DNA of 64,000 bases, taken from the NCBI GenBank assembly GCA_028826165.1, contig JAPDFW010000059.1, positions 496,001 through 560,000 of the forward strand. The letters run 5' to 3'. A model generated the notes under the pieces. The model was not told the DNA's origin and made no database searches. It saw nothing but the letters and a program-made list of their open reading frames with translations. The translations under genes and the position numbers were made by a program. Shown here piece after piece: positions 13,501 to 24,095 of this stretch (the first letter of the stretch is position 1; each line of letters begins with the position of its first letter). The stretch is from Anaeramoeba ignava BMAN. Taxonomy: Eukaryota; Protista; Anaeramoebae.

Positions 13501-14330
13501 TCAAAATTAAAATTATCATTTGATTTTCGTTTTTGATTTTCTGATTTTGATTTTCATTTGATTTTGATTTTGATTTTCATTTTGATTTTCAATTTGATTT
13601 TCATTTTGATTTGATTTTGATTTTGATTTTGATTTTCATTTTGATTTTCATTTTGATTTTCATTTTGATTTTGATTTTGATTTTGATTTTGATTTTCATT
13701 TTGATTTTCATTTTGATTTTGATTTTGATTTTGATTTTGATTTTGATTTTGATTTTGATTTTGATTTTGATTTTGATTTTGATTTTGATTTTGATTTTGA
13801 TTTTGAATGTTGTTTTTTGAATCGAAATTAGTATCGAAATTAGTATCGAAATTAGTATCGAAATTAGTATCAAAATTAGTATCAAAATTAGTATCAAAAT
13901 TAGTATCAAAATTAGTATCAAAATTAGTATTAAATTCCCCAAATTCAAAATTTGATTCAAATTGATTTTCATTTTGATTTTCAGAATTAAAATTATCATC
14001 AAAATAAACATCAAAAGGATCTTCTATATTTTGATTTTTATTTTGGTTTTGATTTTGGTTTTGGTTTTGGTTTTGGTTTTGATTTTTATTTTGGTTTTGG
14101 ATTTTGATTTTTATTTTGGTTTTGATTTTGATTTTGATTTTGATTTTGGTTTTGATTTTGATTTTCTAAATACAAAATTTTATCTGTTATTTTGTTTGTT
14201 TGTTGTTTATTTTGTTTTATTTAAAAAAATTACTTTTTGTTTCTTCATCTGAAAAATTAATATCATCTGAAAAATTAGTTTGATCATAATCATCTTGAAA
14301 AAATTGTGAAATTTCATCATTTGAATTCAT
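10564..14330 (-). CDS. Low-complexity clathrin/AP-adaptor-binding protein, aftiphilin-like (apparent frameshifts in the NQ/EN repeat region)
   Basis: ATG at 14330; likely intron ~14233-14166. Many FD/FE motifs, one FGEF, repeated LIDLN clathrin-box-like motifs. The C-terminus LSPAAQEFIDSLQDLSFL resembles the aftiphilin tail as recalled. Confidence 0.55.
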
Positions 14331-14430
14331 TTTTGTTAATAAAAATGGTAAAAATAAAAATGGTAAAAAAAAAATGAAAAAAAAAAATGAAAAATTGAAT
14401 TTTTTTTTATTGAAAAATTTAAAAAAAAAA

Positions 14431-14510
14431 TTAATAAAGAAATTGCTTTCTGATTTATATCTTCATTTAGATTTAAATATAAACCATCATTTACAATTAT
14501 TCTTTATTAA
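14431..14510 (-). promoter_or_regulatory. Eukaryotic SECIS element in the 3' UTR of the selenoprotein gene
   Basis: Minus strand reads TTAATAAAGA-ATAATTG-TAA-ATGA-TGGTTTATATTT-AAA-TCTAAATGA-AGATATAAATCA-GA-AAG-CAATT-TCTTTATTAA. This gives helix I, the AUGA/GA core, a 12-bp helix II and an apical AAA. Confidence 0.92.
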
Positions 14511-14547
14511 ATTTTTTTTTTATTTGAAAAATTATTTGAAAAATTAT

Positions 14548-15147
14548 TTATTTAAGAAATTCACGAAGAATTTCAAAAATATCTTCTTTATGAGGATATC
14601 TACCACTTTTGTATTTAGAAAATAAAACTTCACCATCACTTGTAAGAAGATCAACAGTTGGACATCTTGTACTATAAACCAAAAAAGAAAAAAAATTATA
14701 AAAAAAAATTGTAAATAAAAATTGTAAATAAAAATTGTAAATAAAAATTGTAAATAAAAATTATTTACTTGTCATCAATCTTTTTTACATCAACTTCAAA
14801 ACCTTCTTTCTCTAAAGTTTCTCTGAGTGTTCTTGCAGTACGACTATCGGATCATCCTTTTTTTTTTAAATTAATTTTTTTAAGTTAATTTTTTTAATTA
14901 AATTTTTAATTAGATTTTTAAATTAGATTTTTAAATTAAATTTTTAATTAGATTTTTTAATTAGATTTTTAAGTTAAATCTTTATTAACCTCCACAAAAT
15001 TCAATTAAAAGTGATAATCCTTCAGGAATAATAAATTTTTGTTTCTGTTTCTGTTTCTGGATTTGATTCACCTATTTGAGTTGAATCATTTTGAAGTGTT
15101 GGAATTGAAAGAAATAAAATGAATAATAAGAGAAAAAATCTTATCAT
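14548..15147 (-). CDS. Rdx-family (SelW/SelT/SelH-like) selenoprotein with CxxU motif and signal peptide (exons 15147-14990, 14856-14769, 14671-14548)
   Basis: Spliced: MIRFFLLLFILFLSIPTLQ...LLIEFCGG-U(TGA 14854-14852)-SDSRTARTLRETL...GEVLFSKYKSGRYP...EFLK*. A SECIS follows the stop. Exon 1 needs one base removed from the homopolymer at 15036-15040. Confidence 0.88.
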
Positions 15148-15249
15148 TCAATTAAAAAAAATTAATTAAAAAAAATTAATTAAAAAAAATGAAAAAAAAA
15201 TGAATTTAAAAATTTTCTTTCATTTTTATCTTTTTTTTTTTTGATTATT

Positions 15250-18200
15250 ATGAATACAAATTCTAGATTTCCTAATTGGAAAAATTCTTATCCTTTTATA
15301 AGAATTCAACCTTATAATTCTTTAAATGAAATACCAAAAGAAAGAGCTGGTCATACATCAGTTATTTATCAAAATAAAATGTATATTTATGGAGGAGCTC
15401 GTTTTTTTGAAGATTCTTTTAATGATTTTTATTCATTTGATTTATGTAAATTTTTATTCTTATTTTTATTTTTATTTTCATTTTTTATTTTTTTTTGCTT
15501 TTTTTTTTTTAGATTTAAAAAAATGGGAAATTGTTAATCAAATTGGGGATATCCCCATTGGAAGAAGAGGTCATTCTGCTATTGTTCATTTAAATAGAAT
15601 GTGGATTTTTGGAGGAGCAATTTCTGATGAAATTTATACTAATGATTTTTTAAGTTTTTCTTTTGGTAATCAAAATTAAAATTAAAATCAAAATCAAAAT
15701 TAAAATCAAAATTAAAATTTAAATTAAAATCAAAATCAAAATCAAAATTAAAATTAAAATTAAAATCTAAAATTAAAATTAAAAATTAAAATTAAAATTA
15801 AAATTAAAATTAAAATTAAAATCAAAATTAAAAATTGATATTTTTATTGATATATTTATTTAAATTAAAAAAATAAGAAACAAATACTTGGGAACAAGTT
15901 CCTTATAAAGGATCAATCTTACCAAGAATGCTTCATAAATGTTTTCTAATTAACGAAAAACAATTGGTAATTTATGGAGGAATTGATTTAACAGGAAATT
16001 TCCTTTTTGATCTAAATATATTTGATTTTGAAAGTGGAATTTTAACAGAATTGCCACCTTCTCCATCACAAACAGATTCTCTTAATAGTTTTCTTTTTGA
16101 TCAAAAATTGTTCACTTTTGATCAATTCTTCAAAACAACTTTTTACTTTGATTTTCAAAATAACCAATGGAAAGGTCCATTTAATAACAAAGGAATTATC
16201 CCAAAAGGTTATTTTGGAAATTCTCTATCAGTTGTTGATAATTTTGTAATTGCTTCTTGTGGTTGTTTACATGATTTTTCATCAACTAGTGATATTTATT
16301 TATTTAATCCAAAAACATTCTGTTGGATTTTAATATCAACTCCACAAATATTATCACCAAGATGTAAAAAAAATAATATTATTATTTTTATATTCAAAAA
16401 CAAAAAAAAATAATTTCTTTATATTTTTTATATTGATTTTTAGATCAACATACTTCAATTTCTTATAAACATAAAACCTCAAATCAAACTAAGGTTTTGA
16501 TATTTGGTGGTTGCTTTGATCAAACAAGATGCCTGAATGACTTATTTGAATTATCTTTACCAATTGGTGATATTCCACAAGAAAGAAACTCATCTTCTTT
16601 AGTTATTTTAGAAAAAAATGCTTATATTTTTGGAGGGAAATATAACTCAATTTTATTTAATGATTTATTTGAATATAATATCCATCAAAATCAATGGAAA
16701 AAAATCGAATCTGTTGGAGATATACCAACACCTAGATTTGGGGCTTCTTCGGTTTTGGATAGAAATAGAAATGATCATAATAATATGATAATTTTTGGAG
16801 GAAAAGAAACAAAAGAATATTCAAATTCACTTTACACTCTAGACTTGAAAAATTATCAATGGAAATGTTTAATCCAAAAATCGCAAATAATTTCCCCAAG
16901 AATTTTTGCCTATTCGTTTATTTATTTGAATGAGATTTATGTTGTTGGAGGTTATAATTTGGAAAAGGATTCAAACGAACTTTCTTTGTTTAAATTTTCA
17001 ACTGAAATGAATGAATTCATTCCAATTGCAATTCAATTTCCAGAAAAAACTCATTTCCCTATTCCTTTTAATAAAACACCCAAAGTTTTTGACCAAGGAG
17101 CACTTTATGTTATTGCAGATGAATTATATATTGGGAATATTGATCCAAAAAAAAAGAGTTTGAAAATGAAAAAGAAATCACTAAGAAATGCAAATCCTCC
17201 AATGATTAACAAGCAAATACAAGCAGCACAGCGTTCGAGAATAAAGCCAAATATTGGATCTGTTATTCAAGATTCTTCTTTTGCTGTTTTTGTTAAAGAA
17301 TCAATTGTTGTTTTTGGAGGATTTTCTCCAAATAATTTGGAATTACCAGATGAACCAATCATAATTGATGTTGAAAAAAAAGTGTGGAAATTTCTTTTCA
17401 ATTGTAATAATCAACCAAAAAGAATTTCAAATTATTCATGTTCAAATTTTGATAATTCCATATTGTATTTTGGTGGGAATCATTCTGATAATGATTCAAA
17501 TTCAACAAATACAGTGCAAATTTTGCATTTGGAATCTCCAATTCAACCCATTATTCAAGATTTTCTTTCTCTTTATCATAACCCTGTTTTCTCAGATTTC
17601 AAAATCAATCTTGAAACCATTGATAAAAAGCCAATGCAATTATTTTTTCACTCTTTCATTTTCAAAGAAAGATGCAATTTTCCAGAAGATTTTTCTTCAG
17701 AAAAAATCATTAATATCATTGAGAAATTTAATTTTGAAATTGTAGATTTTGCAATGATTTTTGTTTATTCTTCCCATTTCGATACCCACAAATTCAACTC
17801 TTTTTCTTTTCAAATGCTTGTTTCTCTTTTCCAATTATCAAAGCAACTCAATTTGGACTATATTTCTTATAGATGCGAAGAAAAACTTACCAATTATCAT
17901 CTAAACATCAATAATTGCATCGATTTAGTTCAATTATTTGATAATGAAAAATCGGCAAATTCACTAAATATTGCTATAAATTTTATTCATCAACATCAAG
18001 AACAATTATTTTCTCAAATGGAAAAATTTGAGCAATTATCACAATTACATCCACATTTAATAACCAAAATTGAGACAGGAAATCAACCAATAACAAATTC
18101 AAAAGCAGTTTTATTACAAGAAGAAAAACCAAAGATTGAATTGATTCAGCATTTCCAAAACATTTTCCATTCATCAAAATCAACTGATTTTACAATCATT

Positions 18201-18596
18201 GCTTCATCACCAATTATTAATAATAATGATGAAAAGAATAATTTGCAAAATGAAAATATTGATCCAAATCAAAATAAGCATTTGATTCCTGTTCATAAAT
18301 CAATATTATATTCAAGATCAAAATTTTTTCATGATTTGTTTCTTCTTAATTCTGCAGAAAATCTTACTGTTTTTGAAGAAAATAACCAAATTTCTTTTGA
18401 AGCAATTTATCATTTTTTCAGATATTTTTATACTGAATCTCTTGATATGAATCTGAATCTTCAACTTCTTTTTGAAATTCAATTTCTGATTGAAATTTAT
18501 TGTCCAAATGATTATTATTTTAAAGAAAAATGTTCAGATTTTATTAACACTCTTCTTTCTAATCAATTTCAAAAGGATCAAATTTTTTTCAAATGA
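15250..18596 (+). CDS. Kelch-repeat plus tandem BTB protein (LZTR1-like architecture)
   Basis: Repeated R-x-GH[TS]...IYGG/IFGG Kelch blades, then BTB signatures (FSDFKI...FHSFIF; STDFTI...VHKSILYSRSKFF). Three GT-AG introns in the 5' part. Confidence 0.9.
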
Positions 18597-18930
18597 ATTT
18601 ATTTGATCCATTTCTTCTTTCTTATTTTTTTTTTAATCAAATAAAAAAATTCTAAAAGATCTTTAACTTATTTTTTAATTTAATTTTTTATTTATTTGAA
18701 AAAAAAGAAAGAAAAAAAAAAAGAAAGAAATAATAGATCGACTCAGTTTGATTGATTTAAAATTTTTTAACCCAAATTAAATTTTTTCAAACTTGATATT
18801 AATAAATTCGTAATTAGATTTTCCAAAAAAAAGAAACAAAAATAACCCTTTTTTTTTTTTCCAAATTTTTTTCCACTTTTCTAAAAAAAAAAGTCCACTA
18901 AATTGATCCACTTTTTTTTTTTATTTTGAA

Positions 18931-20798
18931 TTAGATAAAATTATCTAATTTCACGGAGATTTTTCTTCCATCCAGTTCACTCTCATCAAACATTTCTATA
19001 AATTATTTTGAAATGTAAATTATTTCAGTTAACCCCAATCCAACATCAACAAATTTAAAATGCAATAAAATAATTTTAAACCCCAATTATAAGGAAAAGC
19101 GAAGAAAAGAAATATTTTAAAAGGATTTATTATTATTTATTATTTAATATTTAATATTTAATATTTAATATTTAATATTTAAGAAAAAAGATTACGAATT
19201 GCTCTTTGTGCTTCTTCTTTTGTTTCATAAATTACAGTTCCTTGACCTTTAGATCTACCACTTTCTGTTTCAATTATATCAGCTCTTATAACGCTTCCTG
19301 CTTTTTTAAATGTATCTTTAAGTTTCATCCAAGTTGTTGAAAAAGGTAACTTAAATTTTATAAATTTGATAAATTTTATAAATGAATTTTATAAATGAAT
19401 TTGATAAAGGAATTCGCTTAAAATTAAAAATAGATATACATTATCAACAAACAATCTTCTTCCTCTATCATCATATTTATTTTTTTTATATGATCTGCAT
19501 TCTCGAACATTAACAACTCTTCCATTTAAAATTGTATTACTTAAAGAATTAATTGCAAGTTTAGCTGAATCAGCATTTTCAAATTCAACAATTCTAATTA
19601 AAATTAATTTTGAAATTGAAATTGAAATTGAAATTGATTTTGATTTTGAAATTAATTTTAATTAATATTGAAAAACTAACGCAGAACCCCTAGATTTTCC
19701 ATCTCTATCATAAAAAATATCTACTTGAGAAACATTTCCAACTGTTGACATAAAATTCTTTAATTCATTCCAACCAATACGATAAGATAAACCAGTAACA
19801 AAAACACGTTTTCCCAATAAATCATTGGTATTATGATTTAAAATATTTTCCACTCTTGAAGGAGGTGGAGAAGGTGAAGGTGATCGTGATCTAGATCGAG
19901 AAGATAAACGATTTGGAAGATAATGACGACGGTTACGATTACTATTTTGAAATTGATTAAATTTTCCATCATAATTTTCATTCATCTCCTCTTTCCTTTT
20001 TTCTTCTATTGAATTTTCTTGATTTAATAAAGATTGGTTTGATTTTTGCAAATCTTGGAATTTTTGTGATTGTAAAAGAAGAAGAAGATTAGGATTTGAA
20101 AGTAAAAGTTGCTGGAACATTAACTGTTCCTGTTGTTTTTGTTGATTTTTTTGTTTTTCTTGTTGAAGCTCTAATTGTTTAATTTGATCGTTATGTGTTT
20201 TTTGTAGTTGTTCTAATGTTTGTAAATGTAATTGCTGTAATTGTTCTAATTGCTGTTGGATTTGCTGATGAAAATTTTTTTGCTGTTCTTGATGATGTTC
20301 TTGTTGTTCTTGATTGTGTTGAATTAATTTTTTTCGAAGTAAATCTTTTTGGGTTTCTTGTTGCTCCATTAAAACCCGTTTTTGTTCTTCTTGTTGTTGT
20401 TTGAGTTGCTGTTTTAGTTTTTGCTCTTTTTCTTCTTGAGCTTTTTTCAGTTGTTGACTTAAATTAAGTTGAAATTCTAATTGCAAATTAAGTGGTAATT
20501 GCAATTTTTGCTCTTGATTTAACTGCTGTATTTGCTGCAACTGCTTTAATTGTTGCAATTGCTGTAATTGTTGTAGTTGTTGTATTTGCTGCAATTTTTG
20601 TAATTGCTGTATTTGTTGTAATTGTTGTAGTTGTTGTATTTGTTGTTCTGAATTAAATTGAGTTTTTTTTTGATTATCATTTAAATTTGATCCATTTGAA
20701 TAATTTAAATTATTTCTTGCATTAAAATTTGTGTTTTGTTTATTTTTTTGTTGGTTTTGTGCTAAAGAAAAAAGAGATTCAAATGATTTTGGATTCAT
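18931..20798 (-). CDS. Gbp2/Hrb1-like RNA-binding protein: Q-rich N-terminus, RS patch, two RRMs
   Basis: RVFVTGLSYRIGWNELKNFM...GKSRGSAIVEF and RLFVDNLPFSTTWMKLKDTFKKAG...GRSKGQGTVIY...MFDESELDGRKISVK across three GT-AG introns. Confidence 0.85.
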
Positions 20799-20916
20799 AA
20801 TTAAAAATGAAAAAAAATGAAAAAAAAAATGAAAAAAAAATTTTATCATTTTTTTTCTTTTTTCATTTTCTTTAAAAAATTTTTTAATTCAAAAAAAAAC
20901 CCATAATTTATCTTTT

Positions 20917-21399
20917 ATGAGACTATTTTTTATCTTTCTTTCCTTTCTTGTAACAGAAAAAATTAAAAAAATTTTATTAACAAATCCTGAAGAATTAGAA
21001 ATTAAAAGAAAAATTGAAATACTTCGTGAAGAATCAACTAAATTAAATAAAATGACTGATTTTCGAGAATATTCAAAAATTTCAAGAGCAATAATACAAC
21101 TTGAAAATGAAAAGAAAAAATCACAAGAACAATTTTCACCAAGAAAAAGCCTTGTTTATGGAATTATTTTATTTCAAATTATTTTTTCAGTTATTTTAAT
21201 ATATTATTTTTGGGGTCAAGAATTTTTTCAAGTTACTCAATTAAATATAAATTCAAAAATGTGCAAATTTCCTTTTTCTTATCTTATCCCTGGTTTATCT
21301 TTTACTAAAATTCCTCAAATGGGCTTTTGTTCTGTTTCAGTTAAATTGTTTTCTTGGATTTTAAGCTCTTTTTTTTTATCAAGAAAAATTCTAAGTTGA
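20917..21399 (+). CDS. GET1/WRB-like tail-anchored protein insertase
   Basis: TM, then a coiled coil with LNKMTDFREYSKISRAI (compare GET1 ISAQDEFAKWAKLRR), then TM segments; 160 aa. Confidence 0.65.
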   Translation: MRLFFIFLSFLVTEKIKKILLTNPEELEIKRKIEILREESTKLNKMTDFREYSKISRAIIQLENEKKKSQEQFSPRKSLVYGIILFQIIFSVILIYYFWGQEFFQVTQLNINSKMCKFPFSYLIPGLSFTKIPQMGFCSVSVKLFSWILSSFFLSRKILS

Positions 21400-21609
21400 T
21401 CAAAGAATAAAAGTTTATAAATAATTAATTCATTTAATTTTCATCATCTTTTTTTTTCTTTTATTATATTAATTTATATTATATTAAATTAATTATTTTT
21501 CCATTTATTGAATTAGATCATTTTTGGATTGAAATCTTTTAAATTATTTTTTTTTTTTAAATTCATTTTTCATTTTCCAAAAAAAAATTTTTTTTTTTTT
21601 AAAAATAAA

Positions 21610-22884
21610 ATGAGTTCTTTATCTCTTTATTTACGTGCTTTAAAACTATTTCAAGACAACACTCAACCATCTCAATCTCAATTACAAAAATTATTTTTAG
21701 CTCAACCCCAAAAATTTCCTCAACCTTTGATTGAATTTTTTAAAGATGATAAATGTTATGATTATAAAATTAAAGTTAAAGAATTTGAACAGAAAAATTC
21801 GAATAATAATCACAACACTGTTTCTCAAGAAAAAAATACTTCTGATAATAAAATGCTCACAAATAATCATCATGTTAATAATGTTGACAAAAACTCTCAA
21901 GAAAAAAATGAGAAAAATTATAATGATGATAATATTAAAAATGGAAATAATAAAATCAAAGAAAATCAAAATAATCAATTAATTGAAAATCAAAATCAAA
22001 ATCAAAATCAATTAGAAAATGGAAAAAATAATTTAAATCAAAATGGAATTAACCAAAAGAAAAAAATTACAAAACGAAAAAAGCAAATGAAAACAAAATT
22101 AAAAAAGAACAAGAAGCTAACAAAAAAACATAATAAAAAGCATAAAAAACAGAAACAGAAACAAAAACAGAAACAAAAACAGAAACAGAAACAAAAACAG
22201 AAACAGAAACAAAAACAGAAACAGAAACAAAATAATAAACAAAATAAAGAAAAAGAAAAAGAAAAAGAAAAAGAAACAACAGGAATTCAAAAAGGAAAAT
22301 ACATTATTAGAAATTTAAGGACAAAAAGAAGAACAAGAAATGGAAGATTTATTGATTCAGATGAAGAAAGTGAAGAAGAATCAGATCAAGAAATGGAACA
22401 AACAGATTCAAATGAAAATGAAAATGAAAATGAAAATGAAAATGAAAGTGATAATGAAAATGAAAGTGAAAATGATAATGATAATGATAATGAAAGTGAT
22501 AATGAAAATGAAAATGATAATGATAATGATAATGATAATGAAAGTGATAATGAAAGTGATAATGAAAGTGAAAATGAAAATGAAAATGAAAATGAAAATG
22601 AAAATGAAAATGAAAATCAAAATCAAAATCAAAATCAAAATGAAAATGAAAATGAAAATCAAAATGAAAATCAAAATGAAAATCAAAATGAAATTCAAAA
22701 TCAAAATGAAAATCAAAATCAAAGTGAAAATCAAAGTGAAAATGAAAATCAAAGTGAAAATCAAAATAAAAATAAAAATCAAAATCAAAATGAAAATGAA
22801 ATTCAACAAGAAAAAAAAAGAAGAAAAAAAACAAAATCCAAAAAAAAATTACAAAAAAATCTTAAAAAAAAGAATACAGATTAA
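21610..22884 (+). CDS. Low-complexity protein with basic (KQ) and acidic (ENDS) tracts, function unknown
   Basis: Open frame from ATG 21610. The 3' end is uncertain. Confidence 0.55.
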   Translation: MSSLSLYLRALKLFQDNTQPSQSQLQKLFLAQPQKFPQPLIEFFKDDKCYDYKIKVKEFEQKNSNNNHNTVSQEKNTSDNKMLTNNHHVNNVDKNSQEKNEKNYNDDNIKNGNNKIKENQNNQLIENQNQNQNQLENGKNNLNQNGINQKKKITKRKKQMKTKLKKNKKLTKKHNKKHKKQKQKQKQKQKQKQKQKQKQKQKQKQKQNNKQNKEKEKEKEKETTGIQKGKYIIRNLRTKRRTRNGRFIDSDEESEEESDQEMEQTDSNENENENENENESDNENESENDNDNDNESDNENENDNDNDNDNESDNESDNESENENENENENENENENQNQNQNQNENENENQNENQNENQNEIQNQNENQNQSENQSENENQSENQNKNKNQNQNENEIQQEKKRRKKTKSKKKLQKNLKKKNTD

Positions 22885-22985
22885 ATTTAAAATTAAAAAT
22901 AAAGAATTAAATTTTTTAATTTTGAATTTTATTGAATCTTTTTTAAATTTTAAATTTTAAATTTGAAATTTTAAATTTTATTGAA

Positions 22986-23951
22986 TCAGTTCAATGAATA
23001 AGTAAAATAAACATCATCAAAATCTTCCTGAATATCAAAATTATAAACGGTAGACTCAGTGATCCAAATCAAATTACTCATTTTAAATTGAGAAATCAAA
23101 TATTGAGTTTTATAAGAATTTTGAGGTGATAAAATATATTGCAAAAAAGCATTTGTAAAATCAGTTCTAAGATTTGAATGCATAATTTCTCTTGCAAAAG
23201 AAAGAAAACAAGGAGAAAAAGAATAAATTCCAGGTGAATAAGTTTTAAGGAAAGAAGTGTCTTTGGGTTTTTGTGAAAAATCTTTAAGATTAGAAGCTTT
23301 TTGCCAAAAAGACTCTGAAGAAAATATTGAGGAATCATGAAGCTTTAATAACCAATCTTTTCTTATTGGATGAACTTTTGGATTCATAAAAAAAAAATAA
23401 CGGTATCGAATTTTTAGATCAGCATCAGTTAATAAATTATAAAACATTCTATTATTCAAAATAGTGTCTGATTTCGGGTTTTCAAATTTCGCATTTAAAT
23501 AGTAAATTGTATCAAACATTTCTTTGATTTCACTATTTGATTTCATCCAATTTTCTATTTGTAATTTAACTGGGGATCCCCGATTGTCTTCGAAATTTCC
23601 TTGATAATAAAATATCAAATCCGTTATTATTTTGGATTGCATTTCTGAATCCGGCAAAAAATTTTTCCACAAATTAAGAAAATCAAAAAGTATTTTTTCA
23701 TCTTTAAATGTAACTGGAATAATAACTGCAAATTTTTTCAACTCTAAAAATTTGGAATCTTTTTCTTTTTTTCGACATTGTTGCCATTTTTGAGTAAAAT
23801 CTTTTTGGTTTTCGGGAAATTTTGGATCATAAAATACTACTCTTAAAGCTAAAATAAATCCGATAAAAAATGCAACTCCACACATGATTCTATACGTTTT
23901 TCTTGGCCATGATGTTGTTGATAAATGCGGTTGAAAACCTGTAACTCTCAT
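22986..23951 (-). CDS. Type II membrane protein, possibly glycosyltransferase-like
   Basis: 321-aa ORF with a single N-terminal TM and a lumenal domain starting KFAVIIP. Family not certain. Confidence 0.6.
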   Translation of the reverse strand: MRVTGFQPHLSTTSWPRKTYRIMCGVAFFIGFILALRVVFYDPKFPENQKDFTQKWQQCRKKEKDSKFLELKKFAVIIPVTFKDEKILFDFLNLWKNFLPDSEMQSKIITDLIFYYQGNFEDNRGSPVKLQIENWMKSNSEIKEMFDTIYYLNAKFENPKSDTILNNRMFYNLLTDADLKIRYRYFFFMNPKVHPIRKDWLLKLHDSSIFSSESFWQKASNLKDFSQKPKDTSFLKTYSPGIYSFSPCFLSFAREIMHSNLRTDFTNAFLQYILSPQNSYKTQYLISQFKMSNLIWITESTVYNFDIQEDFDDVYFTYSLN

Positions 23952-24095
23952 TTATATAAAAATTTTTAATTGAAAACTCGAAAAAAATGAAAAAAAAAAA
24001 TGAAAAAAAATTTTTTAAAAATCTTTTTTTTTTTTCATTTTTTTTTCTTGTTTTGTTTTGGTTTTTTTTATTTTTCTTTAAATATATCAAATCAA

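Noticed and set aside
11967-14252. Poly-IK, poly-IL and poly-DF ORFs (similar ones at 22340-22960, 32503, 44273, 62332)
   Set aside because: Alternative frames of hexamer microsatellites.
18730-18830. G/C-richer patch in the Gbp2-like 3' region with CTGA on the minus strand
   Set aside because: No box C, terminal stem or SECIS core found.
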